DNA from: a virus
Virus record (IMG/VR): IMGVR_UViG_3300025840_000011
Reading direction: 5' to 3' (one strand)
DNA: 64,000 bases
The notes beneath the pieces are model-generated. The model saw only the letters and a list, made by a program, of their open reading frames with translations. It made no database searches and had not been told where the DNA came from. Both the position numbers and the translations under genes were made by a program. This document shows, in pieces, positions 55,970-64,000 of the stretch (its first letter is position 1; each line of letters begins with the position of its first letter).

Positions 55970-56305
55970 GTGTCAGTAAAAACTTGGAAAACTCCAGCGA
56001 GAGGAACTGGTTGGCGTAGACTTTATATTGAATCAGATGGATCTGGCAATTTCGTATGGAAAGGCGATATGAAGCCAAGGAATATTATGTTGGACCATGA
56101 ATTAGGGACGGAAGGTTGGCAGTTTAAATCTTCCTCTGATGATGGTTTTACTAGGATGGATAAGAATATACCATACTTTTTAAGGGAAGGGGAAGATAGA
56201 ACTTTTATAAGAGATTCAGCAGGAAGGGGTACATTGCATCTTTTCGTTACTACTGTAAAGTTGCCTGACTCTCATCCGTTTCTCCAAGGACCAGATTCAG
56301 CATGA
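55970..56305 (+). CDS. Hypothetical protein, tandem paralog of 56302..56721
   Basis: SGNFVWKGD...LDHE..TEGWQF. Confidence 0.6.
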   Translation: MSVKTWKTPARGTGWRRLYIESDGSGNFVWKGDMKPRNIMLDHELGTEGWQFKSSSDDGFTRMDKNIPYFLREGEDRTFIRDSAGRGTLHLFVTTVKLPDSHPFLQGPDSA

Positions 56306-56721
56306 CACATTATTGGAAAAATCCATACGAAGAACATGACGGTCAAGTACATTCTAATAAGAAAGTACCTGAGCAAAGTGTTGAAGGCAACATACTGTGG
56401 AGGTTAGATTCAGAGAACAATGTTTCTTATTGGATCGCTGAATCTTCTGGCGAGTTTGTTTGGAAGAACGACCACAAAGATAGATTGGCAAGTTTAGATA
56501 GTGAGAACCATACTCCAGGATGGAGTTTTAGAACTCAAACAGATTCTGAATGGACTCCTATAGTTTTGGGAACCAAGTTTGTTTTACCAAAAACTAAAGG
56601 AAGGCACTTTCGTCCGGATTCTGATGGGGCAAGTTTTTTGTTATTTAAGGCAACCGTTATTCCTCAGGTTATACCTACGAACAGCGATGGAAAAATATTT
56701 GGGTTTAAGGTACAAGAATGA
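56302..56721 (+). CDS. Hypothetical protein, tandem paralog of 55970..56305
   Basis: SGEFVWKND...LDSE..TPGWSF. Confidence 0.65.
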   Translation: MTHYWKNPYEEHDGQVHSNKKVPEQSVEGNILWRLDSENNVSYWIAESSGEFVWKNDHKDRLASLDSENHTPGWSFRTQTDSEWTPIVLGTKFVLPKTKGRHFRPDSDGASFLLFKATVIPQVIPTNSDGKIFGFKVQE

Positions 56722-58157
56722 AAAATCCAGTAGCAAAACATGCCAGGAAGTTTAACAAGGGTGGTCCCATGCGCGACCGCAAAAAAGCAATGAAGAGGGG
56801 CGAAGTGAAACACAAGGGCAAACAACTAAACAGTGACAGGCAACAAACTGACACTAACAATCGCACCAACTCCTCCGCTAAAAAACCTCAAACCTATGTT
56901 GATAAAGACGGGAAGCAAAAGACACGTATGGTTCCTGCTCACCAAGATGTACAGAACGAAAAGTTAAATCCTTCTCAGGGTATCAAGGCATACATCGATG
57001 ACTTTAAAAAGTCAGACGCACCCCAGTTTAAAGGTAAGTCCGATGCTAAGAAAAAAGAAATGGCGATCGCTGCATACCTTGATGCCAAGAAAGGTGAAAA
57101 GAAAGAAGATTGTTGGGACGGATACAAGAGGGTAGGTATGAAAAAGAAAGGTGGTAAGATGGTGCCGAACTGTGTGCCAGAAGGTTACAACCCACGCGCT
57201 GCTCGCGCACAAAGTCATGCGGCGAATAAAATGTATGGTCGCACCTCTGACCCGATTGACAAGAAACCTTCCTCTGCTCCAAAGAAACCAATCTCTAAAG
57301 CAGATCTGTTTAGGGCACTTGATAAGAAGTATGGTAGTCCTAAGAAGAAAACAGGGATATATGCCCCAAAGAAAGAAGGTAGCGATAAGATGAACGGCAA
57401 CAAGTTCAATCCTCGAGATATGGTTACTTTCCAAAAGATGACTAAAGAAGATGCTGAAGCACGTGCACGTTTAAAGTTAAAGCACGCCAAAGAAAAAGAG
57501 AACCTTAAGAACCGTCACTCCAAGGAGCGCGAAGCAATGAAAGAAACAATGGATCCACGCGACTTCACTGACAAGCCAGGGCATGTTGTCGTCGTCAAGA
57601 AAAAAGACGGTACTAGGATGATCAAGCATTATCACCCCACTCCAGCGGGTGCGAAGAAGTATGCTGATCGCGTAAACAAAGTCAATAAGGTCGGCGACAA
57701 GGCAACTGTCCACAAGACTGATGGACGTAAGATCCACGAAGCATCGCAGAAACTTACTAATAAGAGAGCAGAACTTCGCAAGAAGATGTTTGGTGACACA
57801 AACTATCTGTCTCCTGCGCAGAGGAAAGAGTTAGATAAAGCAGCCAAAGCAGCACTTAAGAAAGACTCAGCAAGCAAGAAGGCAGCACCACCTAAACCTG
57901 TATCCAAAACTTCAAAGGGTAAGGTTCGCACTGGTTCCGCTGATCCAGCAGATCGTAATATTTTTATGCAGTTACGCAAGGCACAAGACCGTGGCGGCAA
58001 CCAAGCGATCACTGTATCCCCTACTGGTAAAAAGGTAACTCTGAACCCTAAGCAAATCGACATGCTTCTAAAGAGGCACGACAGTCTTCAGAAACCAGTG
58101 GACAAGCGCAAGTTTAAAATCATGTTGATCAAATCATTGAGGGCGAAAGCAAAATAA
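56718..58157 (+). CDS. Lys-rich modular protein, probable internal head protein
   Basis: YIDDFKKSDAPQFKGKS, CWDGYKRVGMKKKGGKMVPNCV; modules separated by Glu. Confidence 0.7.
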   Translation: MKNPVAKHARKFNKGGPMRDRKKAMKRGEVKHKGKQLNSDRQQTDTNNRTNSSAKKPQTYVDKDGKQKTRMVPAHQDVQNEKLNPSQGIKAYIDDFKKSDAPQFKGKSDAKKKEMAIAAYLDAKKGEKKEDCWDGYKRVGMKKKGGKMVPNCVPEGYNPRAARAQSHAANKMYGRTSDPIDKKPSSAPKKPISKADLFRALDKKYGSPKKKTGIYAPKKEGSDKMNGNKFNPRDMVTFQKMTKEDAEARARLKLKHAKEKENLKNRHSKEREAMKETMDPRDFTDKPGHVVVVKKKDGTRMIKHYHPTPAGAKKYADRVNKVNKVGDKATVHKTDGRKIHEASQKLTNKRAELRKKMFGDTNYLSPAQRKELDKAAKAALKKDSASKKAAPPKPVSKTSKGKVRTGSADPADRNIFMQLRKAQDRGGNQAITVSPTGKKVTLNPKQIDMLLKRHDSLQKPVDKRKFKIMLIKSLRAKAK

Positions 58158-58158
58158 A

Positions 58159-58551
58159 ATGCCAATCCTTTTAGTATTATTGTTGTTTGGTTCTATTGCT
58201 GGTGGTGGTTATTTTTATTACACCGATACGCAAAATACTATCCGACAACTTGAAGCGAACAATGCAACTCTGAAGATTGCTGTAGAGGATAATCAGCGGA
58301 CTATAGATACTATGAGAGAGAATGCTGAAAAGACAGCGGAGTTGACGGCAAAGTTAGAAGCGGATTTAGAAAAGTCCGAAGAAAGTAGAAACAGATTAAT
58401 TGAGGTGTTTGGTAATCACGACCTCACTAGACTTGCGTTGAAAAAACCAGGATTGATTGAAAAGAGAGTGAATAATGGAACTAAGAAAGCATTTGACGGG
58501 ATTGAAACTATTAGTGGCAAGCCTGCTCCTGCTGACGACAGCGGGATGTAG
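58159..58551 (+). CDS. Inner-membrane spanin (Rz-like)
   Basis: N-terminal TM plus coiled coil; KPGLIEKRVN; overlaps the next lipoprotein gene. Confidence 0.65.
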   Translation: MPILLVLLLFGSIAGGGYFYYTDTQNTIRQLEANNATLKIAVEDNQRTIDTMRENAEKTAELTAKLEADLEKSEESRNRLIEVFGNHDLTRLALKKPGLIEKRVNNGTKKAFDGIETISGKPAPADDSGM

Positions 58552-58891
58552 TACAACTCCTAAAGAAGTTGTCGTCACTCGAACAGTAGTACAGTATCCG
58601 GAGATCCCACTAAGGAACTCTCCTCGTCCAATCAATATGATTGATGTTAATTGGTATACCGTTACCACTGACAACATTCAAGAGTTTGAGAAAAGGTTTG
58701 AAAACGCCAACGGTGATTTAGTTTTCTTTGCGTTGTCTGTTCCGCACTATGAGAATCTGTCATTGAACCTTGCAGATATTCGTAGATATATTGAACAGCA
58801 GAAGGCAATCATCATTTATTATGAAGAACAGATTACAGCGCAAACTAAAAAGAATATAAATAACGATACTAACTCTACTGATCAGGAGTAA
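58475..58891 (+). CDS. Outer-membrane lipoprotein spanin (Rz1-like)
   Basis: LLLTTAG-C lipobox, Pro-rich segment; overlaps the i-spanin. Confidence 0.65.
   Translation: MELRKHLTGLKLLVASLLLLTTAGCSTTPKEVVVTRTVVQYPEIPLRNSPRPINMIDVNWYTVTTDNIQEFEKRFENANGDLVFFALSVPHYENLSLNLADIRRYIEQQKAIIIYYEEQITAQTKKNINNDTNSTDQE
58855..58862 (+). promoter_or_regulatory. T4-type late promoter
   Basis: TATAAATA upstream of 58897. Confidence 0.7.
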
Positions 58892-58896
58892 TAAAG

Positions 58897-59562
58897 ATGG
58901 ACTTAGAATCCATGAAGAAAGTTTGGGAGGCATATCTCGAAGTAACCGAGAAGAAACTGTCTCCTAAGCAAAAGAAACTTGACCACGACGGTGACGGGGA
59001 TATTGAAGGTGACGACCTTGCTGCTCTCCGTGCTAAGAAGGGTCAGAAAAACGAATCTTCTTGCGGCAAAGATCGTATGAAGAAAGAAAACGACAACGGC
59101 GACGACGACAAGGAAGAGTGCCCGAAGTGTAAGGGCAAAGGTTGCGACCACTGTGATAACAAAGGTTATCACATGAAGGAAGAAGCACCTGCTGATCCTA
59201 TCAAGGGCGCACCTGCGCGCAGGGGCGACAAGAAAAATGGCGATAAGTCAATGGCGAATGATTACCCAGAGTTGACTCGTGAGTTTGCTGAAGTTCTTGA
59301 ACGTGCTGTTGCTACGCCAGAGAAAAAGCACACTAAAGGTGCTACGAAACCAGAAGGACTTCTGGACAAAGAATCTCCAAAGTCAAAAGAGTTTGTCGAC
59401 ATGCATAAAGTCGATAACACTTACACTGATTTTGAAGAGAAAGGTCACGACGATGTAGCGAAGGCAGGAAGGGCAGTGAAGTCTCAAGCATCTTCTCGTC
59501 GCGGTGACAATCTCGGTGGCGGTGACTCAAAGAGTCCGGAGAAAGTAAAAGATAATTCATAA
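58897..59562 (+). CDS. Charged late protein with DxDxDG motif and CxxCxGxGCxxC knuckle
   Basis: LDHDGDGDIEGDDL; CPKCKGKGCDHC. Confidence 0.7.
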   Translation: MDLESMKKVWEAYLEVTEKKLSPKQKKLDHDGDGDIEGDDLAALRAKKGQKNESSCGKDRMKKENDNGDDDKEECPKCKGKGCDHCDNKGYHMKEEAPADPIKGAPARRGDKKNGDKSMANDYPELTREFAEVLERAVATPEKKHTKGATKPEGLLDKESPKSKEFVDMHKVDNTYTDFEEKGHDDVAKAGRAVKSQASSRRGDNLGGGDSKSPEKVKDNS

Positions 59563-59577
59563 TTGGAGTTTATTGTA

Positions 59578-59892
59578 ATGGAAGCATTATTTGTACTTGG
59601 TTTGGTTGTACTAGCAGGTGTTGTAGTCTGGTATGTAATGAGTGAGTCGAAAGACTTGTTCCCGAAGGTAGAAGAAACAATTGAAGAGATCGAAGAGAAG
59701 ATCGACGAAGTTGTTGACGATATCAAGGAGGAGGTAAAAGAAGCACTTGATTCATTACCGACTGCTGCTGAACTGAAAAAGTTGACGAAGGCAAAGTTGG
59801 AAGAACTTGGTCGCGATCTTGGCGTAGAGTTAGACAAGCGAAAGACCAAAGACAACATGATCAAAGAGTTACAAGAAAAGGTCGGCAAGTAG
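59578..59892 (+). CDS. Membrane-anchored protein with Rho-N/HeH-like C-terminus
   Basis: TM; LKKLTKAKLEELGRDLGVELDKRKTKDNMI. Confidence 0.7.
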   Translation: MEALFVLGLVVLAGVVVWYVMSESKDLFPKVEETIEEIEEKIDEVVDDIKEEVKEALDSLPTAAELKKLTKAKLEELGRDLGVELDKRKTKDNMIKELQEKVGK

Positions 59893-59919
59893 TTTTAAAA
59901 TCTCAACTATATAATCTAT

Positions 59920-60282
59920 ATGAATGTTGAGATAAACGAAGACAATTTCTTGATCTATGCTGCGAAGAATTACCATACTCCTCGCAGCATCGATGCTGAA
60001 GAATTTTATGAAGAACTAAATCGCTTTAAGTATATCAAGCGATTGTTCAACAGGTACACTCGTGGAGGAGACTTGTGTGAGAGACTAATACTCAATCACA
60101 TAATGATCCTCCTAAACGTATTTGGGCATGAATCAGGTGTCTTAATGTTGATGTTTAAAACAGGACCAAGAGATTTGCCCATACTAAAACCTTTCTTAGA
60201 ATATCTTCAAGCGTTGAAACCAGGAGACTTAGAAGGAATAGAATCGGATCCTTGGGTGGTCCAAAAATTGGAAAGTATCTAA
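59920..60282 (+). CDS. Conserved T4-like hypothetical protein
   Basis: NFLIYAAKNY..P...EF.E.L.RFKYIKRL...LILNH...NVFG. Confidence 0.8.
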   Translation: MNVEINEDNFLIYAAKNYHTPRSIDAEEFYEELNRFKYIKRLFNRYTRGGDLCERLILNHIMILLNVFGHESGVLMLMFKTGPRDLPILKPFLEYLQALKPGDLEGIESDPWVVQKLESI

Positions 60283-60863
60283 TGGGACTTTTATCCAGAA
60301 CAGGCGATCTAGTATACACCCTTCGGTTCTTGCGTCTACTCACAACCAAGTTTGAAGACACAACTGCCTTTAAACTTGGTCTTATCGACAAAGACGGTAA
60401 AAAACTCAAATCACCTGAAACCAGCGATGAAAGAAGCGCATATAATATGTTTCATCGTTTGGTGTTCAACCTTAAGAAGTTACTCGCTAAAGTTCCTGGT
60501 GGCAGTAGTAAACTTGCCTCGTATGCAGCAGCACTTTTCTTAATCAAGGAACAACTGAACCTATCCGACTCTTCTGTCGACAAAATAGTGCAGGCGTCCG
60601 GTGTGGATCCTCTGGAGGCACTTACAGAAGGTAATTCATGGTTCTGTACTAAAGATGGTATGCTGTCTCCAGGAATCTATAGACTCGCCAATGATAAGAT
60701 GCTCAATGTTACTTGTGAGGATGTTTGTCGGAAAGGTGATAAGGTTCGAGTCTTTGACAACACCTATTCTAAAGGAAACATACTTGGCGTAGACATCTTT
60801 GAAGTCACGCACGAACGAACAGCGAAGCAACTGTATGTTGCTGTAGGAGAACTCAGGAAATGA
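60282..60863 (+). CDS. Conserved T4-like hypothetical protein
   Basis: DLVYTLRFLRLL..KF..T.AFKLGLID..G...FHRLVFNLKKL...YAAALFLIKE. Confidence 0.8.
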   Translation: MGLLSRTGDLVYTLRFLRLLTTKFEDTTAFKLGLIDKDGKKLKSPETSDERSAYNMFHRLVFNLKKLLAKVPGGSSKLASYAAALFLIKEQLNLSDSSVDKIVQASGVDPLEALTEGNSWFCTKDGMLSPGIYRLANDKMLNVTCEDVCRKGDKVRVFDNTYSKGNILGVDIFEVTHERTAKQLYVAVGELRK

Positions 60864-61021
60864 AAAAGTTTAAGGAATTTGCCGCTGAGGACGCAATGAC
60901 TACTGCTGACGCTGGCATCCCTCAAGACACTGCTAATATGGGACCTCGTAAAAGAAACAGATACCCCATTACTAGGAGGTTCATTGAGATCGCAGGGAGG
61001 ATGCGAAAGATTCAAAAATAA
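60860..61021 (+). CDS. Small protein (53 aa) with T4 capsid-targeting-like N-terminus, not in the ORF track
   Basis: MKKFKEFAAEDAMTTADAGIPQDTANMGPRKR... Confidence 0.65.
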   Translation: MKKFKEFAAEDAMTTADAGIPQDTANMGPRKRNRYPITRRFIEIAGRMRKIQK

Positions 61022-61093
61022 CTTGCTTTGTTGACACATCTCATTATAATATATAAGTCTACCCTGTAAAATTAATTCGTTAAAGGATGCGAA

Positions 61094-62896
61094 ATGGCAA
61101 AGCAAGAATACCTTGGGATCGAGATCGATCTCTCCCGAGATGAACTCTTCGACAAACTTGGTCTTCAAAGATTACGCGAAAGTTACATGAGGGAAGACGA
61201 AGAGTCGCCTCAACATCGCTTCGCTTTCGTTTCTAAAAAGTTTTCCTCCAACCCTGAACATGCTCAACGTCTTTACGATTACGCATCTAAGCATTGGTTA
61301 TCCTACTCTACACCCATCCTCGCGTATGGGCGCACGGGAAAGGGTATGCCAATCTCATGCTTCCTGAACTATATCGAAGATACTGCTGAAGGTCTAGTCG
61401 CTAACCTGTCAGAAACCAATTGGTTGTCTATGATGGGTGGCGGTGTAGGTATCGGGTTTGGCATCCGTTCCTCAGACGAAAAGTCTACTGGCGTTATTCC
61501 TCACCTTAAAACTTATGACGCATCTTCCTTGGCGTATCGTCAGGGCAAGACTCGCCGTGGTTCCTATGCGGCATACCTTGACATCTCTCACCCAGATATT
61601 ACTGAGTTCCTTGAGATGCGCAAACCAACAGGTGATCAAAATCGTCGTTGCCTAAACCTGCATCATGGTATCAATATCAACGATCGCTTTATGGAATTAA
61701 TTGAGCGATGCATGCAGGATCCTGATGCAGACGATAGGTGGAACTTGACCGATCCGCACTCAGGCGAGATCCGCGATACCGTATCAGCGAAAGCACTCTG
61801 GCAAAAGATCCTAGAGTTGCGTATGGAGACGGGCGAACCGTACATTCATTTTATTGACACAAGTAATCGGATGATGCCAGAGTTTCAAAAAGAACTCGGT
61901 TTAAAAATTCATCAGTCCAACCTTTGCTCCGAGATCATCTTGCCAACTAACGAGGAGCGCACTGCTGTTTGTTGCTTGTCGTCAGTAAACCTTGAGAACT
62001 ATGATGCTTGGAGCAAGAACGATATGTTTCTGAGGGACATGGCAGAAATGCTTGATAACGTCCTTCAGTTCTTTATTGATAACGCACCCGACACCGTGTC
62101 CCGTGCTAAGTTTTCTGCTATGAGGGAACGAAGTATCGGCATCGGTGCCCTTGGGTTCCATGCTTATCTTCAAAAGAAAATGTTGCCTTTTGACTGCGCA
62201 ATGGCAAAGGTAACAAATAATCGAATCTTTTCTTTAATAAGGAGGAAACTCGATGAAGCAAATTTGGAACTGGGTAAAGAACGGGGAGAAGCACCTGACG
62301 CTGAACGCACTGGTAGACGCTTTTCTCACGTCATGGCTATTGCTCCTAATGCTAGCAGTAGCATCATCATGGGCAATACTTCTCCAAGTGTTGAACCATA
62401 TCGAGCAAATGCTTACAGACAGGATACCCTTTCTGGAGCGTATCTTAACAAGAATCGCTATCTAGATCAACTGATTAAATCTAAGATTGAGTCAGGTGAG
62501 ACCAAGCAGGACTATGATGAAATCTGGTCTAGCATTATTGCTAACGATGGTTCTGCGCAACATCTAAGGTTTTTAACTGAAGATGAACGTGACGTTTTTA
62601 AAACGTCAATGGAGATTGATCAACGTTGGGTTATTGAGCACGCTGCTGATCGACAAAACTTCATTGATCAATCTCAATCAATCAATTTATTTTTCCGTCC
62701 TGATACAAATATTGTATACTTGCACGCAGTACACTTTTTAGCATGGAAGAAAGGTATGAAAACTCTGTACTACTGTCGGTCTGAGAAACTTGGTAAGGCA
62801 GACAGAGTATCAAGGAGAATTGAGCGCGAAGTTATTAAGGAAATAGATATGAGCGCAATGATTAATGATGAAGAGTGTATCGCTTGTGAGGGATAA
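61094..62896 (+). CDS. nrdA: Ribonucleotide reductase class I alpha subunit (short, no ATP cone)
   Basis: STPIL, ISCF, GGGVG, SNLCSEI, VCCLSS, IAPNASSS, KTLYY, C-terminal ECIACEG. Confidence 0.95.
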   Translation: MAKQEYLGIEIDLSRDELFDKLGLQRLRESYMREDEESPQHRFAFVSKKFSSNPEHAQRLYDYASKHWLSYSTPILAYGRTGKGMPISCFLNYIEDTAEGLVANLSETNWLSMMGGGVGIGFGIRSSDEKSTGVIPHLKTYDASSLAYRQGKTRRGSYAAYLDISHPDITEFLEMRKPTGDQNRRCLNLHHGININDRFMELIERCMQDPDADDRWNLTDPHSGEIRDTVSAKALWQKILELRMETGEPYIHFIDTSNRMMPEFQKELGLKIHQSNLCSEIILPTNEERTAVCCLSSVNLENYDAWSKNDMFLRDMAEMLDNVLQFFIDNAPDTVSRAKFSAMRERSIGIGALGFHAYLQKKMLPFDCAMAKVTNNRIFSLIRRKLDEANLELGKERGEAPDAERTGRRFSHVMAIAPNASSSIIMGNTSPSVEPYRANAYRQDTLSGAYLNKNRYLDQLIKSKIESGETKQDYDEIWSSIIANDGSAQHLRFLTEDERDVFKTSMEIDQRWVIEHAADRQNFIDQSQSINLFFRPDTNIVYLHAVHFLAWKKGMKTLYYCRSEKLGKADRVSRRIEREVIKEIDMSAMINDEECIACEG

Positions 62897-63439
62897 ATGG
62901 CAGGTTATATAAGAGACAGTATCCTTTCTGAATCTACATTAAAATTCGCAAAAGATTATTGTACCGACAGTAAAGATTGGTATGATGTATTTCAATATTA
63001 TAATCTTTTTAATTTAAAGAGATTAGATGTTCCTAGTAAAGACTGGTATAAATTCGACGAAATAACAAAATATTCTAGAAGAAAAGATGTTATTGGATTT
63101 TATTTTCTAAAATATATTCCTGGTTCTTTCACTAGATTTCACGCCGACCACGATTCTGCGTTGACGATTGTTACTATGATAGATTCTGAAAATCTTGTTG
63201 GTGGCGATTGTCTTATTATGGATACATACAATGCTCCAGAACATGGTCGCCCAGAAAGAATGACTTGCGTCAGAACAATTGAAGAAGAAAAAAATCCTCC
63301 TTACGGTAGGACAATAATTCCTGAGGTTGTAACTTTGAAAGACGGAGAAAGTATGATTTATGGTAATGAATTAACTCATGGTGTTTCGAGAGTACATAAA
63401 GGACATAGATTAGTTTTAATTAGTTGGCACAAATCTTAA
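62897..63439 (+). CDS. 2OG-Fe(II) oxygenase, AT-rich insert between nrdA and nrdB
   Basis: FTRFHAD, GGD, HGVSRV..G.RLVLISW. Confidence 0.8.
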   Translation: MAGYIRDSILSESTLKFAKDYCTDSKDWYDVFQYYNLFNLKRLDVPSKDWYKFDEITKYSRRKDVIGFYFLKYIPGSFTRFHADHDSALTIVTMIDSENLVGGDCLIMDTYNAPEHGRPERMTCVRTIEEEKNPPYGRTIIPEVVTLKDGESMIYGNELTHGVSRVHKGHRLVLISWHKS

Positions 63440-63456
63440 TAACAAAGGGAATAAAG

Positions 63457-64000
63457 ATGAGGCAAACTCTAACACAAGAGAGAGAATACTTCAAACCATT
63501 CAATTATCCTTGGGCATACGAGTCATGGTTGAAGCACGAGCAATCACATTGGTTACATACGGAAGTGCCAATGGCAGAAGATGTCAAAGATTGGCAGCGT
63601 AAACTCACGCACGAAGAAAAAGCATTCCTCACTAATATTTTTAGATTCTTTACTCAAGGCGACATTGACGTTGCTGGCGGTTATGTTAATAACTATCTGC
63701 CATACTTTAAGCAACCTGAGATTAGGATGATGTTGTCTGGATTTGCGGCACGTGAGGCGCTGCACGTCGCTGCATACTCTCATCTCATCGAGACCTTGGG
63801 TATGCCCGAGTCCACATATAACGAGTTCCTGGAGTACGAGGCGATGCGCGAGAAGCACGAATACTTCCTCGACTTGTCAGGTAAGAATGGTACGACTCAG
63901 TCGGTTGCCACTAACATCGCTGCTTTCTCGGCGTTTACTGAAGGCATGCAATTGTTCTCATCTTTTATCATGCTACTCAACTTTCCTCGTCACGGAAAGA
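63457..64000 (+). CDS. nrdB: Ribonucleotide reductase beta subunit, 3'-truncated
   Basis: FKPFNYPWAY, HWLHTEVPM.EDVKDW, FRFFTQGDIDV, REALH..AYS, FTEGMQLFSSF. Confidence 0.95.
   Translation, partial: MRQTLTQEREYFKPFNYPWAYESWLKHEQSHWLHTEVPMAEDVKDWQRKLTHEEKAFLTNIFRFFTQGDIDVAGGYVNNYLPYFKQPEIRMMLSGFAAREALHVAAYSHLIETLGMPESTYNEFLEYEAMREKHEYFLDLSGKNGTTQSVATNIAAFSAFTEGMQLFSSFIMLLNFPRHGK

Noticed and set aside
23568-62896. Introns or inteins in gp43, gp41, uvsX, thyX or nrdA
   Set aside because: All are continuous ORFs of ordinary length with no intein-like insertions
1-64000. Cyanophage assignment or stop-codon recoding
   Set aside because: No photosynthesis or cyanobacterial marker genes lie in this window, and core genes translate full-length with the standard code using all three stops

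Overview
This is a 64-kb segment of a large T4-like (Tevenvirinae/Kyanoviridae-type) myovirus genome, probably from a marine phage of a heterotrophic Gram-negative host (inferred from kdsA/kdsB, psiE and the absence of photosynthesis genes). The canonical core runs on the + strand: gp3, uvsY, uvsW, gp55, gp47, gp46, gp45, gp44, gp62, regA, hsp20, gp43, uvsX, gp41, thyX, nrdA and partial nrdB. It also carries tRNA-Arg(TCT), tRNA-Thr(TGT), many sigma70 promoters and T4-type late promoters. Main highlights: (1) a seven-gene cassette of secreted or membrane proteins, including a fimbrial-pilin-like and a chaperone-like protein, present as two diverged copies in the same gene order (36.9-40.7 kb and 51.0-55.0 kb); (2) a minus-strand operon of a DUF4338/Mom-like protein, a T4 beta-glucosyltransferase-like enzyme and a GIY-YIG/ParB-like fusion, a candidate DNA modification system; (3) a dispersed glycan toolkit (KdsA/B, Ugd, uronate epimerase, GT25, sulfotransferase, TagD, SGNH); (4) a cluster of proteins with T4-like capsid-targeting N-termini, including a KxDG ligase-like protein and an HxGH nucleotidyltransferase; (5) a ROSE-like RNA thermometer before hsp20; (6) several apparently leaderless genes; (7) a switch in oligonucleotide usage near 47.1 kb suggesting a mosaic or chimeric junction. 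All calls come from motif recognition by eye; no searches were run.
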